Shown in pieces: positions 28,457 to 39,316 of a DNA stretch of 64,000 bases. Location: NCBI GenBank assembly GCA_963812015.1, contig CAWETI010000002.1:800001-864000 (forward strand), written 5' to 3'. The DNA is from an uncultured delta proteobacterium. Lineage in GTDB: Bacteria > Desulfobacterota > Desulfobaccia > Desulfobaccales > 0-14-0-80-60-11. The notes under the pieces were generated by a model, which saw only the letters and a program-made list of their open reading frames with translations, searched no databases and was not told where the DNA came from. A program made the position numbers and the translations under genes. Position 1 is the first letter of the stretch, and each line of letters opens with the position of its first letter.

Positions 28457-29290
28457 ATGAGCAAAGTCTGGCTGGATACGGTGCTGGAAGAACTGCGGCG
28501 GGTCCGGGGATTGGACCTGAGCGATTACCGCCGGCCCACCCTGGAGCGCCGCCTGGCCGCCCGGATGGCCAATCTACGCCTAAACGACCCCGGGGAGTAT
28601 CTGCAGCGGCTGCGGTCCGACCCCTCTGAGTGCGACCGGCTCATTGAGACCATCGATATCAAGGTCTCGTCATTTTTCCGGGACCCCCTGGTCTTTGAAT
28701 TCTTAGCCCACCGGGTCCTGCCCTTGATAATGGAGCGCCACCGGCGGCAGCACACCCGCCAGATTCGCGTCTGGAGCGCCGGATGCGCCGCCGGGGAAGA
28801 ACCCTATTCCGTGGCCATCCTCCTGGCCCAAGCTTTGGAGGACGAGGACTTTCCGTGGCTTCCTTATATCTGCGCCACGGATATCAGTCCCGAGGCCCTG
28901 GCCGCGGCCCAAACCCGCAGCTATCGCCGGGAGAGCTTGGAGACCACCCAACTGGGAATCCTGGACCGCTTCTTCCGGCCCACGGCAGACGGCTTCGAAG
29001 TCATCCCGGAGATTCGCCGGATGGTCCAGTTCTCCCGGGATGACCTGACCTCCCGGCACAGTCTCGCCCCGGCGGACAGCGTCTTCGGGTCCTTCGACCT
29101 GGTGCTCTGCCGCAATGTGCTCATTTACTTCACCCTGGACCTGCAAAAAAGGGTCCAGGATAAACTGTACGGCGCTTTGAACCCCGGGGGGTACCTGGTC
29201 CTGGGGATGTCCGAATCCCTGCCGCCGAAGACGGCGTCCCGGTTAATCGCGGTTGACCAGCCGTGCCGGATCTTTCAAAAGTCCGGTTAA
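28457..29290 (+). CDS. cheR: CheR-type protein-glutamate methyltransferase
   Basis: SSFFRDP, RVWSAGCAAGEEPYS, ATDIS, FDLVLCRNVLIYF, GGYLVLG. Confidence 0.93.
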   Translation: MSKVWLDTVLEELRRVRGLDLSDYRRPTLERRLAARMANLRLNDPGEYLQRLRSDPSECDRLIETIDIKVSSFFRDPLVFEFLAHRVLPLIMERHRRQHTRQIRVWSAGCAAGEEPYSVAILLAQALEDEDFPWLPYICATDISPEALAAAQTRSYRRESLETTQLGILDRFFRPTADGFEVIPEIRRMVQFSRDDLTSRHSLAPADSVFGSFDLVLCRNVLIYFTLDLQKRVQDKLYGALNPGGYLVLGMSESLPPKTASRLIAVDQPCRIFQKSG

Positions 29291-29336
29291 GGGGCATCTC
29301 CGTCTTAGGCGGATGAAGCCGCAAGGAGTCTTGACC

Positions 29337-32300
29337 ATGAACCTGCTGAACCGGATTACCATCAGGAGCCGGGTGTGGGGCGCTGCGGCCCTGCTGCTGC
29401 TGCTTTTCCTGGCCTTCGGGCTGTTCTCCCTCCACGAAATGCGCGCCTTGGACCACTTCACCTGGGAGCTGTACAACCACCCCTTCCAGGTCTCCAATGC
29501 GGCCCTGCGGGCCGGCACAGGGGTGAGCCAGATGCAGAGCAGCATGCGCCAAGCCATTCTGGCCCGCTCTGAGTCCGAGTTAGCCATGGCCGTCCAGGAG
29601 GTTCGGGAGGCCGAGCGGGCGACCCATGACAACCTCAATGTGGTCCGGGACAAGATCCTGGGGGCCGAGGGACAGGCGCTGGAACGGAAAACCCGGGAAC
29701 AGTTGGATGCCTGGGGCAAGGTCAGAAATGAGGTGCTGGCACTAATCCGGAGGGGAGATAAAGCCGCGGCCATCGCCTTGACCCTGGGCCAGGAAGATGA
29801 ACTTTTTGAACGCCTGGTACAAGCTCTGCTGAACCTGCGGAATTACGCCCGCAACAAAGCCGGCGATTTTATGGAAAACGCCCGGGAGCAGCAGCAGCAA
29901 ATTTATCAGCGCACCATCATATTCTTGGCCATTGCGGCGCTGCTGGCTTTTCTCATCGGCGTTTTCCTGATCAGGAGCGCCCTGGCCGATCTGGCGGCCC
30001 TCCGGAGGACCATGACGGCCATCACCCGCACCGGCCGCCTGGAAAAATCCATGGTGACAGGGGCCAACGAAATCGCCGACATGGCCGCGCACTTCAACGG
30101 CTTGGTGGACCGGCTGCAATCCCAGTTCTGGCTGAAAGACGGCCTGGCCGCCCTGAACAGAAAGCTGGCCGGGGATCTGCCCGCCGGCGATTTGTCCGCC
30201 GGCGGCCTCAACTTTATCTCCCGGTATGTGGGGGCCTGCGCCGGGGCATTTTATGCCTATGATCAACCGGCCTCCCGTTGGGAGCTGAAAGCCCCTTATG
30301 CCCTGGGGGAGGGCACCTATCTGGCCCCGCAGTTCAAGGAGGGGGAAGGGATTGTGGGCCAGGTGGCGGCAGAGAGGAAGCCCATCTTTCTGGAAGGCAT
30401 CACCCGGGAAGAAGCCGTGGCCGCCAGCGCCACCGTCAGCGAACCTCCCCGAAGCCTTTACGCCGTTCCCCTGTTGTATCAAGGGGAATTAGCCGGCGTT
30501 ATGGAAGTGGCTTCTTTCACCGGGATTGACGCCAGCCAACGGGAATTTCTCAATGCTGCGGCCCACATCCTGGCCATGTCCCTGTATGCCGCAGTCCAGA
30601 AAGACCGCATCCGGGGGCTGCTGAAAGCCTCCCAGGAGGCCAACGAAGAGCTCGCGGGGATGAACGAGGAACTCCAGGCCCAGTCGGAGGAGTTGCAAGC
30701 CCAGACCGAGGAACTGCGGGCCCAGACCGAGGAGTTGGAAAGACAGCGCCTCCGGGTGGAGGAGGCGGACCGCCTCAAGTCCGAGTTTCTCTCCAACATG
30801 AGCCACGAACTGCGCACCCCCCTGAACAGCGTCCTGGCCTTGACCCAGTTGATGATGGCCCGGGGCACGGGGAAGGATGCGGCCCAAGAGGCGGAATATT
30901 TGCAGGTCATCGAGCGCAACGGCCGGCACCTGCTGCACCTGATCAACGACATCCTGGATATTGCCCGCATCGAATCCGGCCGGGTGCAGTTGACCCTGAC
31001 GGAGATCGATCCCCGCGCAACCTGCGACCGGGCCCTGGAGACGGTGCGGCCCCTGGTGGCTGAACGTGGCCTGGAACTCAAGGCCGATTACGGCGACCTG
31101 CCCCGGATATCCACCGACGAAGACAAGCTCCAGCAGATCCTCATCAACCTGCTGTCCAACGCGGTGAAGTTCACCGACCAGGGACAGATCGACCTTGCGG
31201 TGGATACGGCGGGAGACCGGGTGCGCTTTGTCGTCCGGGATACCGGCGTGGGCATCGCTCCGGAGGTCCTGCCCTATATCTTTGACAAGTTTCGGCAAGC
31301 GGACGGTTCCTCCACCCGCCGGTTCGAAGGCACCGGCTTGGGCCTGGCCATTTGCCAGTCCCTGGCCAAAATTCTGGGCGGGGAAATCGCGGTGGCCAGC
31401 GAGCTGGGCCGGGGCAGCACCTTTACCCTGTGCCTACCGCGGCGTTGCCCGGAACCCCAGGAGGTCGCCGACGCGGCGCTGGTTACCCGGTCGTCTCCTG
31501 ACACCGCCCCGGTCCAGCCACCGCCGGCACCGTCCGCGGCCCGGGGGGAACCGCCCCTAATCATGGTGGTGGAGGACAATCCGGTGGCGGAGCTGCAGAT
31601 CCGCACCGTCTTGGAGGAACAGGGGTACGCGGTCCAGGTGGCCCCAGGCGGCGCCGAGGCCCTGGCAGGTCTTTCCCAGGTCAGGCCGGACGCCATCATT
31701 CTGGATCTGATGATGCCGGAGGTGGACGGGTTCCAGGTCCTGGAGCAGATCCGGGCCATTCCTGCCACCGCCGCCATCCCGGTGCTGTTGCTGACGGCCA
31801 AGGGGCTCACCCGGGAAGACCAGGCCCGCCTGGCGCCCCACCATATCCGGCAGCTCGTCTTGAAGGGGAGCCTGAGCCGGGAGGAGTTGGCGGCCTGCGT
31901 CCGCCGGCTTCTCAGGATTCCGGCCCCGCCCGTTCTCCCACCGCAGGCAACCGCCCCGCGGCCCCCGGTTGCCCGGCGGCCGGGCCGCCCCATCCTGGTG
32001 GTGGAGGACAACCGGGATAACCTCCTGGTCATCACCGCGGTCCTGGATGAGGCCGGGTATAAGTATATCACGGCCGCCGACGGTCAAGAAGCGGTGGCCC
32101 GGGCCCGGGAAGCGTCGCCGGCCCTAATTCTCATGGACCTGCACCTCCCCGACGTCGGCGGCCTGGAGGCCGCCAGGCAAATTAAAGCCGATCCGCTCCT
32201 GGCGGGAACCCCCATCGTGGCCCTGACCGCCATGGCCATGCGGGGCGACCGGGAAGAGATCCTGGCCGCGGGCCTCGATGACTATCTGGCCAAGCCCTTC

Positions 32301-32345
32301 GAACCCCAGGAGCTCATGCAGTTGGTGCGCCGGTGGCTGGACTGA
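29337..32345 (+). CDS. Membrane hybrid sensor kinase: 4HB sensor-HAMP-GAF-heptad helix-HisKA-HATPase-REC-REC
   Basis: Two TM segments; GEGIVGQVA (GAF); MSHELRTPLN; NLLSNAVKFT, DTGVGI, GTGLGL; two receiver domains (DLMMP, DLHLP); SD AAGGAG before ATG 29337. Confidence 0.92.
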   Translation: MNLLNRITIRSRVWGAAALLLLLFLAFGLFSLHEMRALDHFTWELYNHPFQVSNAALRAGTGVSQMQSSMRQAILARSESELAMAVQEVREAERATHDNLNVVRDKILGAEGQALERKTREQLDAWGKVRNEVLALIRRGDKAAAIALTLGQEDELFERLVQALLNLRNYARNKAGDFMENAREQQQQIYQRTIIFLAIAALLAFLIGVFLIRSALADLAALRRTMTAITRTGRLEKSMVTGANEIADMAAHFNGLVDRLQSQFWLKDGLAALNRKLAGDLPAGDLSAGGLNFISRYVGACAGAFYAYDQPASRWELKAPYALGEGTYLAPQFKEGEGIVGQVAAERKPIFLEGITREEAVAASATVSEPPRSLYAVPLLYQGELAGVMEVASFTGIDASQREFLNAAAHILAMSLYAAVQKDRIRGLLKASQEANEELAGMNEELQAQSEELQAQTEELRAQTEELERQRLRVEEADRLKSEFLSNMSHELRTPLNSVLALTQLMMARGTGKDAAQEAEYLQVIERNGRHLLHLINDILDIARIESGRVQLTLTEIDPRATCDRALETVRPLVAERGLELKADYGDLPRISTDEDKLQQILINLLSNAVKFTDQGQIDLAVDTAGDRVRFVVRDTGVGIAPEVLPYIFDKFRQADGSSTRRFEGTGLGLAICQSLAKILGGEIAVASELGRGSTFTLCLPRRCPEPQEVADAALVTRSSPDTAPVQPPPAPSAARGEPPLIMVVEDNPVAELQIRTVLEEQGYAVQVAPGGAEALAGLSQVRPDAIILDLMMPEVDGFQVLEQIRAIPATAAIPVLLLTAKGLTREDQARLAPHHIRQLVLKGSLSREELAACVRRLLRIPAPPVLPPQATAPRPPVARRPGRPILVVEDNRDNLLVITAVLDEAGYKYITAADGQEAVARAREASPALILMDLHLPDVGGLEAARQIKADPLLAGTPIVALTAMAMRGDREEILAAGLDDYLAKPFEPQELMQLVRRWLD

Positions 32346-32346
32346 G

Positions 32347-33688
32347 ATGAGCCACCGGGTGAAATGGGTGCCCATCGGGGAGATCAGGGTATCCAGGGAC
32401 CCCCAAGTCCAACTGGTTACCGTCACTGGGCCATGCGTCGCCCTGGCCCTGTACGACCCGGCAGCCAAAGTGGCCGGGCTGCTCCACGTGGTCCTGCCCG
32501 GCCGCCGCCGGGTGCGCCGTCCCGGTGATCGCCACGCCTTCTACGCCGACACCGGGGTGGCCCCTGCTGGTGGAAGAGATGATCAATCACGGGGCCAGCC
32601 GGGACCGACTGCAGGCCACGGTGGTGGGGGGGGCCATGGGGTCGCCGCCGGGGAATTTCGGCGACCTGGGCCGCCTCAACGTCGAAGCCGTCACCGTCCG
32701 GTTGCAGGAAAGGGGGATTCCCATGGTTATCCGGGAGGTGTTGGGGCAGATGGGGAGGCGCATCTCCCTCGATGTTGCCACCGGATCGGTGAGGGTGGAC
32801 CCCTTTACGGTGCCGGCCATCCCGGGAATTCTCCCGGGTCAGGCGGAGCTGGCCCCAAAACAGTTAACCAGGCTGGCCCGGGAGGTTTCCCGCCTGAGGC
32901 CCGAACCGCGTGTGTCGGCCCTGGCCATGGAGGAATTGCACCAGCCCCACCCGGACTGGTGGGCGATCCGGAGACACATGGGGGGGGACCCGGGGTTGGC
33001 CGCCCACTTTTTCCGGCTGGCCAACTCGCCGCCATACGGCCATCACCAGGCAATAGCCTCTTTGGAGGAGGCCCTGAATCTGTTGGGGGGCAAACAACTG
33101 CGGCGCCTCTGGGTGCTGGCCGCGACCGGCCGGCATTCGGGCAGTTCCTTGAAAAATTGGGGGCTGGACCACTACCCATGGTCCCGGCATAGTCTGGCCA
33201 GTGCGGTGATCGCCCGGTATCTGGCAGCCTCTCAACCCCCGGGGTTCCGGGAAGAGGCCTTCACCGCCGCCCTGCTCCACGGCCTGGGTCTGGCGGGCCT
33301 GGCCTGCCTTACTGCCAAAGGCTTCGGACCGGAGCCGCCGGCTTACCCCGGCTACGGGCCCATGGCAGGCCTGCTCCTGTCGGCCTGGAACCTGCCGCCC
33401 CGGCTGGCCCGGGCGGTGGCCGCCCATGAAGCTCCCGGGCCGCCCGGCGAGGGTGACGACCTGGCCGTTTTTATCCATGCCGCCTGCGGCATCAGCAATC
33501 TGCTGGGCTGCGCGGTTCCCGGAGAACCGGTTGCCCGCCCCCTATCCAAAGAGGTTATGGCGCGGGTCGGGCTAAGCCAGGACCTGGCCGGCGCCCTGCC
33601 CGGAATCTTGGCGGAACTGCGGTCCTGGGGGTTGCTGGACCACGCCGCGCCAGAAGATTGGCCCGCCTCGGGGGATGGGGCGGCGTAA
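32347..33688 (+). CDS. CheD-like deamidase fused to an HDOD domain; one extra G near 32559-32560
   Basis: IGEIRV...TGPCVALALYDP...GLLHVVLP...YADTGV continues as PLLVEEM...VVGGA...GRLNVEA in the other frame, then HDOD (DPGLAAHFFRLANS, WSRHSLASA, AFTAALLH, WNLP). Confidence 0.78.
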
Positions 33689-33980
33689 AGCTCTAGTGCA
33701 GAATTTTACCAGAATAGGCAAAAATCCGATGAGTAATTCATCGGGTGAGGCTTTATGCTGCGGTGAGCGCCTTCTCCCTATGCGGCCATCAATTCCCCCT
33801 CATAGGCTGCAAAGTGCGCACGAGCATTTTTCGTCTCATTCCCAAGTTCTCGCCGAAGAACGGCTTTTCCGCCAAGCTTCTGATGGGCTCGATGGATTTT
33901 ACCGGTAAATTGACTACTTGCCCTGAGAACCAAGACGGCCTCCGCCGTTATTTGGATAATATCCTGAAGGAGTAGGGATC

Positions 33981-35777
33981 ATGACTGTTCCGGTGCTCCT
34001 GGCCGTGGACGACCGGCTCGACAACCTCTTCGTCCTGGAGCAGGTGGTGAGGACATATCTGCCGGAGATCAAGATGATTACCGCCGAGAGCGCCGAAACA
34101 GGTCTGCCCCTGGCGGCGGCGGAAGCCGTCGACGGCGCCCTCATCGACGTGCAGATGCCGGGCATGAACGGCATCGAGATGTGCCGCCGGCTCAAAGCCG
34201 ATCCCCGGACCGCGTCCATCCACGTCATCCTGGTGACCGCCCACCGGGCCACCTCCGAATTAAAGGCCCAGGGGCTGGACGCCGGGGCCGACGACTTCAT
34301 CACCAAGCCCATCGACAATGTCGAGCTGGCCGCCAAGCTCAGGGTCATGCTGCGCCTCAGGGCTGCGGAGCAGGCGCTGCGCCGGGAGCGGGATCACCTG
34401 GAAGACACGGTCCTGGAACGCACCAAAGCATTGCGGGACGCCGAATACCGCTACCGGACCCTGTTCCAAACTGCCGGGGATGCCATCTTCATCAACGACC
34501 TGGAAGGACGCATGCTGGAGGTTAATGATGAGGCCTGCCGCCTCCTGGGCCACACCCCGGACGAATTGTTGAAGCTTACCGTGAGCGATGTGATCTCTCC
34601 GGAATATGAAGACCGGCGGCCGGAGATCCTGAAACAACTCCAGGCCAAGGGCCACGTTGTCTTCGAGAATGAACTCGTCACCCGGGATGGGCGGATTATC
34701 CCCACCGAGTGCAACAGTCGCCTGATGGACCTCCAGGGCCGCCCCGCGGTGCTCTCCATCGCCCGGGATATCAGCGAGCGCCAGACGGCGGCGGCGGCGC
34801 TGCGGAAGAGCGAAGAACTTTATCGTTCCTTGTTTGAGAACATGCTGAACGGCTTTGCTTACTGCAAGATGCTCTTTGACCAAAATCAGCCCCAGGACTT
34901 TATCTATCTTGCCGTCAACAGTTCCTTCGAGGCATTGACCGGGTTAGAGAATGTTGTCGGGAAAAAAGTATCCGAAGTCATTCCGGGTTTAGGTGAGTCT
35001 GATCCGAATTTGTTGCAAATCTATGGCAGGGTGGCTTTGACCGGCAAACCCGAGAGGGTTGAGATCTATGTGGAAGCCTTGAAGATGTGGTTTTCGCTCT
35101 CGGTATACAGCCCTGCAAAAGACTACTTTGTGGCCGTATTTGACGTTATCACCGAACGCAAGCAGGCCGAGGAGGCTTTAAAGGAAAGCCTGGCCCGGGT
35201 GACGGAAGTCCAGTACGGCACGATTGAGGCCCTGGCCATGGTTACCGAAGCGCGGGACCCTTACACCGCCGGGCATCAGCGCCGGGTCACCCAGCTTGCC
35301 TGCGCCGTGGCCCGGGAACTCGGGCTCCCCGCTGACCGGGTGGCCGGCCTCCGGGTGATGGGATTGCTCCATGACATCGGCAAGATCAGCATTCCTGCCG
35401 AGATTCTTAGCAAACCGGGAAAATTAAGCGACACGGAATTTGCTATCATCACATCCCATGCCCAGCCCGGTTACGAGATTGTCAAAGAAATCCGGTTCCC
35501 CTGGCCGGTGGCCGAAGTTATCCTACAGCACCACGAGCGGATGGACGGTTCGGGCTATCCCCAGGGACTGACCGGCCCCGATATTATCCTGGAGGCCCGC
35601 ATTTTGGCGGTGGCCGACGTGGTGGAAGCCATGGCCTCCCATCGACCTTACCGGCCTGCTTTGAGGATTGAGTCGGCCCTGAAGGAGATTACCCAGAAAA
35701 AGGGCCTTCTCTATGATCCCGAGGTGGTGGACGCCTGCTTCAAGCTATTCACTGAGAAAGGATTTCAATTTGCTTAA
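33981..35777 (+). CDS. Response regulator REC-PAS-PAS-HD-GYP cyclic-dinucleotide phosphodiesterase
   Basis: AVDD, DVQMP, ITKP; two PAS domains; RDPYTAGHQRRV, LHDIGK, HHERMDGSGYP. Confidence 0.93.
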   Translation: MTVPVLLAVDDRLDNLFVLEQVVRTYLPEIKMITAESAETGLPLAAAEAVDGALIDVQMPGMNGIEMCRRLKADPRTASIHVILVTAHRATSELKAQGLDAGADDFITKPIDNVELAAKLRVMLRLRAAEQALRRERDHLEDTVLERTKALRDAEYRYRTLFQTAGDAIFINDLEGRMLEVNDEACRLLGHTPDELLKLTVSDVISPEYEDRRPEILKQLQAKGHVVFENELVTRDGRIIPTECNSRLMDLQGRPAVLSIARDISERQTAAAALRKSEELYRSLFENMLNGFAYCKMLFDQNQPQDFIYLAVNSSFEALTGLENVVGKKVSEVIPGLGESDPNLLQIYGRVALTGKPERVEIYVEALKMWFSLSVYSPAKDYFVAVFDVITERKQAEEALKESLARVTEVQYGTIEALAMVTEARDPYTAGHQRRVTQLACAVARELGLPADRVAGLRVMGLLHDIGKISIPAEILSKPGKLSDTEFAIITSHAQPGYEIVKEIRFPWPVAEVILQHHERMDGSGYPQGLTGPDIILEARILAVADVVEAMASHRPYRPALRIESALKEITQKKGLLYDPEVVDACFKLFTEKGFQFA

Positions 35778-35801
35778 CGTCTCTGAGGCGTAATCTGCAG
35801 G

Positions 35802-35945
35802 TCACCATGCGGCTCGGAAAAAAGCGGGAAGAGCCTTATGGACCCGATTGACGACTCCCAAGCTGATCTTAGTTCGGCGGAAGGCGTTGCCGGCCCAGCG
35901 GCGCAGGTCCTTCGGTTTGTCTGGGGATGCCTTTTGGGTGATCAT
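35802..35945 (-). pseudogene. Truncated duplicate of the 5' end of the neighbouring PAS/HD-GYP gene
   Basis: MITQKASPDKPKDLRR nearly identical to the protein starting at 37270, with its own SD; diverges after ~18 codons. Confidence 0.65.
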
Positions 35946-36103
35946 GGCCCCTTCCTTAGGGGCCGGGGACCAAGGGAAGCTGGGTATGGGGAAGGAGGGG
36001 CGAACGTCACCCCGCCGCCCGGGGAATCTCTCCAGGCCCGGAAGAGCCGCACCGGTTGAGGGGCGATGGGCACTGGCCTCCTGTGGTTGGCAAAATCGCC
36101 GCC

Positions 36104-37270
36104 TCAGTCAAATTGAAAGGTTTTCTCGGTGAATAACTTCACGCAGATATCCACCACCTCGGGATCATAGAGGACGCCCCGGTTCCGGGAGATTTCCTCC
36201 AGGGCCTGATCAATGCCGAGAGCGGGGCGGTAGGGCCGGCGAGAGGCCATGGCCTCCACCACGTCGGCCACCGCCAGGATCCGGGCTTCCAGAAGTATGT
36301 CGGGAGCGGTCAGTCCCTGGGGATAACCCGAGCCGTCCAGTCGCTCGTGGTGCTGGAGCACCGCCAGGGCAATGGGCCAGGGAAATTCAATATCCTTCAG
36401 GATGTCATACCCCACTTGCGGGTGTGCTTTGATGAGATTTAATTCCATCTCAGAAAGTTCGCCCGGCTTGCTGAGGATCTCCGCGGGCACCGCCACCTTG
36501 CCGATATCGTGGAGCAGCCCCAACGCCTGTATGCCTTCGCGCTGCTCCTGGGAAAACCCCAGTGCTCGGGAAATGGCGTCTGACAGTTTCGCCACCCGCC
36601 GCTGATGGCCGCATATATAGGGGTCCCTCGTTTCCACCGTGGCGGACAGGGCCTGGACGGTCCCGCACAAGGTGCGTCGTAACTGCTCGTAGCTGACCGC
36701 CAGCCTCTTTTCGGCCTGTCGCCGGGCCGTGACGTCAATCAGGGAGGTGCGCACCTGGGGGTGACCCGCAGCATCCGAGACCCGGAGACTGTCCAGTTGC
36801 ACGACGACCTTCCCCGCGCCTTTTCCCCGGAGGTTCAGTTCCACGGGAGGCGCCGGCTGGCCCTGGATCACCGCGACCAGATAGGCCTGGAATTTCTGCT
36901 TATCTTCCGGTGGGATAAAAGAGGCCAGAGACTGGTGAACCAGCCGGCCCTTCTCTGCCCCCAGGAGCCGGGCCGCGGCGAGATTGGCCTCCAGGACCCG
37001 GCCCCCTTCGTCCAGGGTTAGGTAGGCCAACGGCGCGCAGTCATAGAGGTCGGTGTATCTCGTCAGCGCGGTTTCCAGTTCCGCCTGGGTCTGGTGCAAC
37101 TGTTCATTCTTAATCTCCAATTCCGCCTGGTGGTCCCGGAGTTCCTGTAACAATTTCCGGGCCTCTTCCGGGGAAATCTTCTCGAGGTCCGCGGTCCGGG
37201 ATTTGAGCCGCGCCTGGGCCCGGCGGCGCAGGTTCTTGGGTTTGTCCGGGGATGCTTTTTGGGTGATCAT
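36104..37270 (-). CDS. PAS + HD-GYP phosphodiesterase
   Basis: LLQELRDHQAELEIKNEQL coiled coil, YTDLYDCAP PAS, RDPYICGHQRRV, LHDIGK, HHERLDGSGYP; SD GGA before ATG 37270. Confidence 0.92.
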   Translation of the reverse strand: MITQKASPDKPKNLRRRAQARLKSRTADLEKISPEEARKLLQELRDHQAELEIKNEQLHQTQAELETALTRYTDLYDCAPLAYLTLDEGGRVLEANLAAARLLGAEKGRLVHQSLASFIPPEDKQKFQAYLVAVIQGQPAPPVELNLRGKGAGKVVVQLDSLRVSDAAGHPQVRTSLIDVTARRQAEKRLAVSYEQLRRTLCGTVQALSATVETRDPYICGHQRRVAKLSDAISRALGFSQEQREGIQALGLLHDIGKVAVPAEILSKPGELSEMELNLIKAHPQVGYDILKDIEFPWPIALAVLQHHERLDGSGYPQGLTAPDILLEARILAVADVVEAMASRRPYRPALGIDQALEEISRNRGVLYDPEVVDICVKLFTEKTFQFD

Positions 37271-37899
37271 GGCGCCGTCCTGGAGGGGTAACGTATTTGT
37301 TCCACTCGTTCCCAAGTTGCCCTCGGAAACGGCCATGAATGCCAGGCTAAGCCTGACTGGTAAAGGCCTACCCCATCTCAGCTGGGGAAGAGGCTTTCCA
37401 GGCAAAAGAATTTATGAAACGCTCTCCTACTGTCTTCAGGACTTTTCAGAGAGGTATCGGATGCTTCCCCGGATTACGTTAATTGGGTGACATCCGCCAT
37501 GGCCAGGGGGATAAGGGCAGGGTAGCCGGGCAGGGCTTCCAGGCGACGGGCAAGGCACAGGCGTGGACAGGTGACCGCTGTCTTCTCCTTGACGGCCTGG
37601 CGCAGCAGCGGGCCAGCTTGTAGCGCAGACCCTCCCGGGCCATCTTCAGCAGGTTGAGCCTGGGCTGATAATTCCAGATGCCGGTGATAGAAGCGCGGCA
37701 GTTATCCGCGGGAATGGCAGGAACCTTTAGGCTGAATGGGGTCGATATGGACCGTATATGGGAGATTTTTTGACCGGGAATAAGTTGCGGACCATAGCAG
37801 TTAACCAGCCTCGGAGGTGGCTCCTTGACACAGGGTTAATGAGCACTACTTTTAGCTGACCCTTATCATCCCAAGCTTTCACCCCCGAGAGCGGCCACC

Positions 37900-39231
37900 A
37901 TGACCAATGAAAATGCCCCCCCTCGAATCCACGTGTTGGCCAAGCCCACCGGGGCGACGTGCAACCTGAACTGTTCTTATTGCTTTTTTCTGAACAAAGA
38001 AATGCTCTACCCCGGCAGTCACTTTCGCATGAGCGACGCGGTGCTGGAGAACTACATCCGCCAACTCATCGAGTCCCATCGCACTGACAAGGTGACGGTG
38101 GCCTGGCAGGGTGGAGAACCAACCCTCATGGGCCTCGACTTCTATAGGCGTGCCATCGCATACCAGAACCGGTACCAGCGGCCGGGCATGATCTTCGAGA
38201 ACACCATGCAAACCAACGGCACGCTCCTCAACGACGATTGGTGCGAGTTCTTCCGCGCTCAGGGCTTTCTCATCGGCATCAGTATCGACGGTCCCGGCGC
38301 GCTGCACGATGTCCACCGGGTGGACAAGAGCGGCCGGCCGACCTTTGACCGGGTGATGCGAGGCCTGCGGCTGTTGCAGAAGCATGGGGTGGAATACAAT
38401 ATTCTCACCACCGTTAATCGGCTCAACGCTGACCACCCCCTCGAAGTTTACCGATTTCTCCGAGACGAAGCCGGGGCCACCTGGATGCAGTTCATTCCGG
38501 CCATCGAGCGCCTCAACCCATCGGGGGTCTCCCTCTACCAGGAAGGGACCACCGTTTCGGATCGTTCGGTTCTGCCGGAACAGCTCGGTAATTTCTTGAT
38601 CACCATTTTTGATGAATGGGTGCGGCATGACGTCGGTAAGGTGTTCGTGCAGACCTTCGAGGCAACGGTGAGAAACTGGCTGGGCCTGCCCTCCTCCGGC
38701 ATGTGCGTCTTTGACGCCACCTGCGGTCACGGACTCGCCCTGGAGCACAACGGCGATCTGTACTCCTGCGACCATTTTGTCGAGCCCAGGCACTTGCTGG
38801 GCGACATCGGGCAAAAGCACATGATCGAGTTGGTAACCTCTGATCAGCAGCGCACTTTTGGTCGCAACAAGCTGGCGACGCTGCCCCGTTATTGCCGGGA
38901 ATGCGAGGTGGGATTTGCCTGTAAGGGTGAATGTCCCAAGAATCGGTTTCTCACCACGCCAGAGGGGGAACCGGGGCTGAATTACCTGTGTGCGGGTTAC
39001 CGGGCGTTCTTCCACCACGTCGACCGCCCCTTGAAGATCATGGCCGGTCTGCTGCGCCGGGGCTATCCGGCCGCCCAGGTCATGCAAGTTCTCGCTGACG
39101 AGGATGGCGGCTCGGCCCGGGCGTCCGCCAAAACCGGCCGCAATGATCCCTGCCCTTGCGGCAGTGGTCGCAAGTTCAAGAAATGTCATGGCCGGGAGGT
39201 GACGGTCCAAGCCAGGAGAACTTCCCTGTAG
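37900..39231 (+). CDS. Anaerobic sulfatase maturase (radical SAM/SPASM, C-terminal SEC-C)
   Basis: KPTGATCNLNCSYC, WQGGEPTL, YSCDHFV, CxxC...GECPKNRF...YLC, GRNDPCPCGSGRKFKKCH. Confidence 0.95.
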   Translation: MTNENAPPRIHVLAKPTGATCNLNCSYCFFLNKEMLYPGSHFRMSDAVLENYIRQLIESHRTDKVTVAWQGGEPTLMGLDFYRRAIAYQNRYQRPGMIFENTMQTNGTLLNDDWCEFFRAQGFLIGISIDGPGALHDVHRVDKSGRPTFDRVMRGLRLLQKHGVEYNILTTVNRLNADHPLEVYRFLRDEAGATWMQFIPAIERLNPSGVSLYQEGTTVSDRSVLPEQLGNFLITIFDEWVRHDVGKVFVQTFEATVRNWLGLPSSGMCVFDATCGHGLALEHNGDLYSCDHFVEPRHLLGDIGQKHMIELVTSDQQRTFGRNKLATLPRYCRECEVGFACKGECPKNRFLTTPEGEPGLNYLCAGYRAFFHHVDRPLKIMAGLLRRGYPAAQVMQVLADEDGGSARASAKTGRNDPCPCGSGRKFKKCHGREVTVQARRTSL

Positions 39232-39316
39232 TCAACGCGGTCTCAACCATGCCGGAAAGCCCTGAACCAAGATTCCTGGCATGATAATCAACGTCCACCC
39301 TTTAAGAGGAGGATTT

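Noticed and set aside
30640..30740. 21-nt periodic repeat (GCCCAGACCGAGGA...) as a CRISPR array or VNTR
   Set aside because: It is the coding heptad repeat of the kinase helix; no CRISPR array or cas gene was seen anywhere in the window
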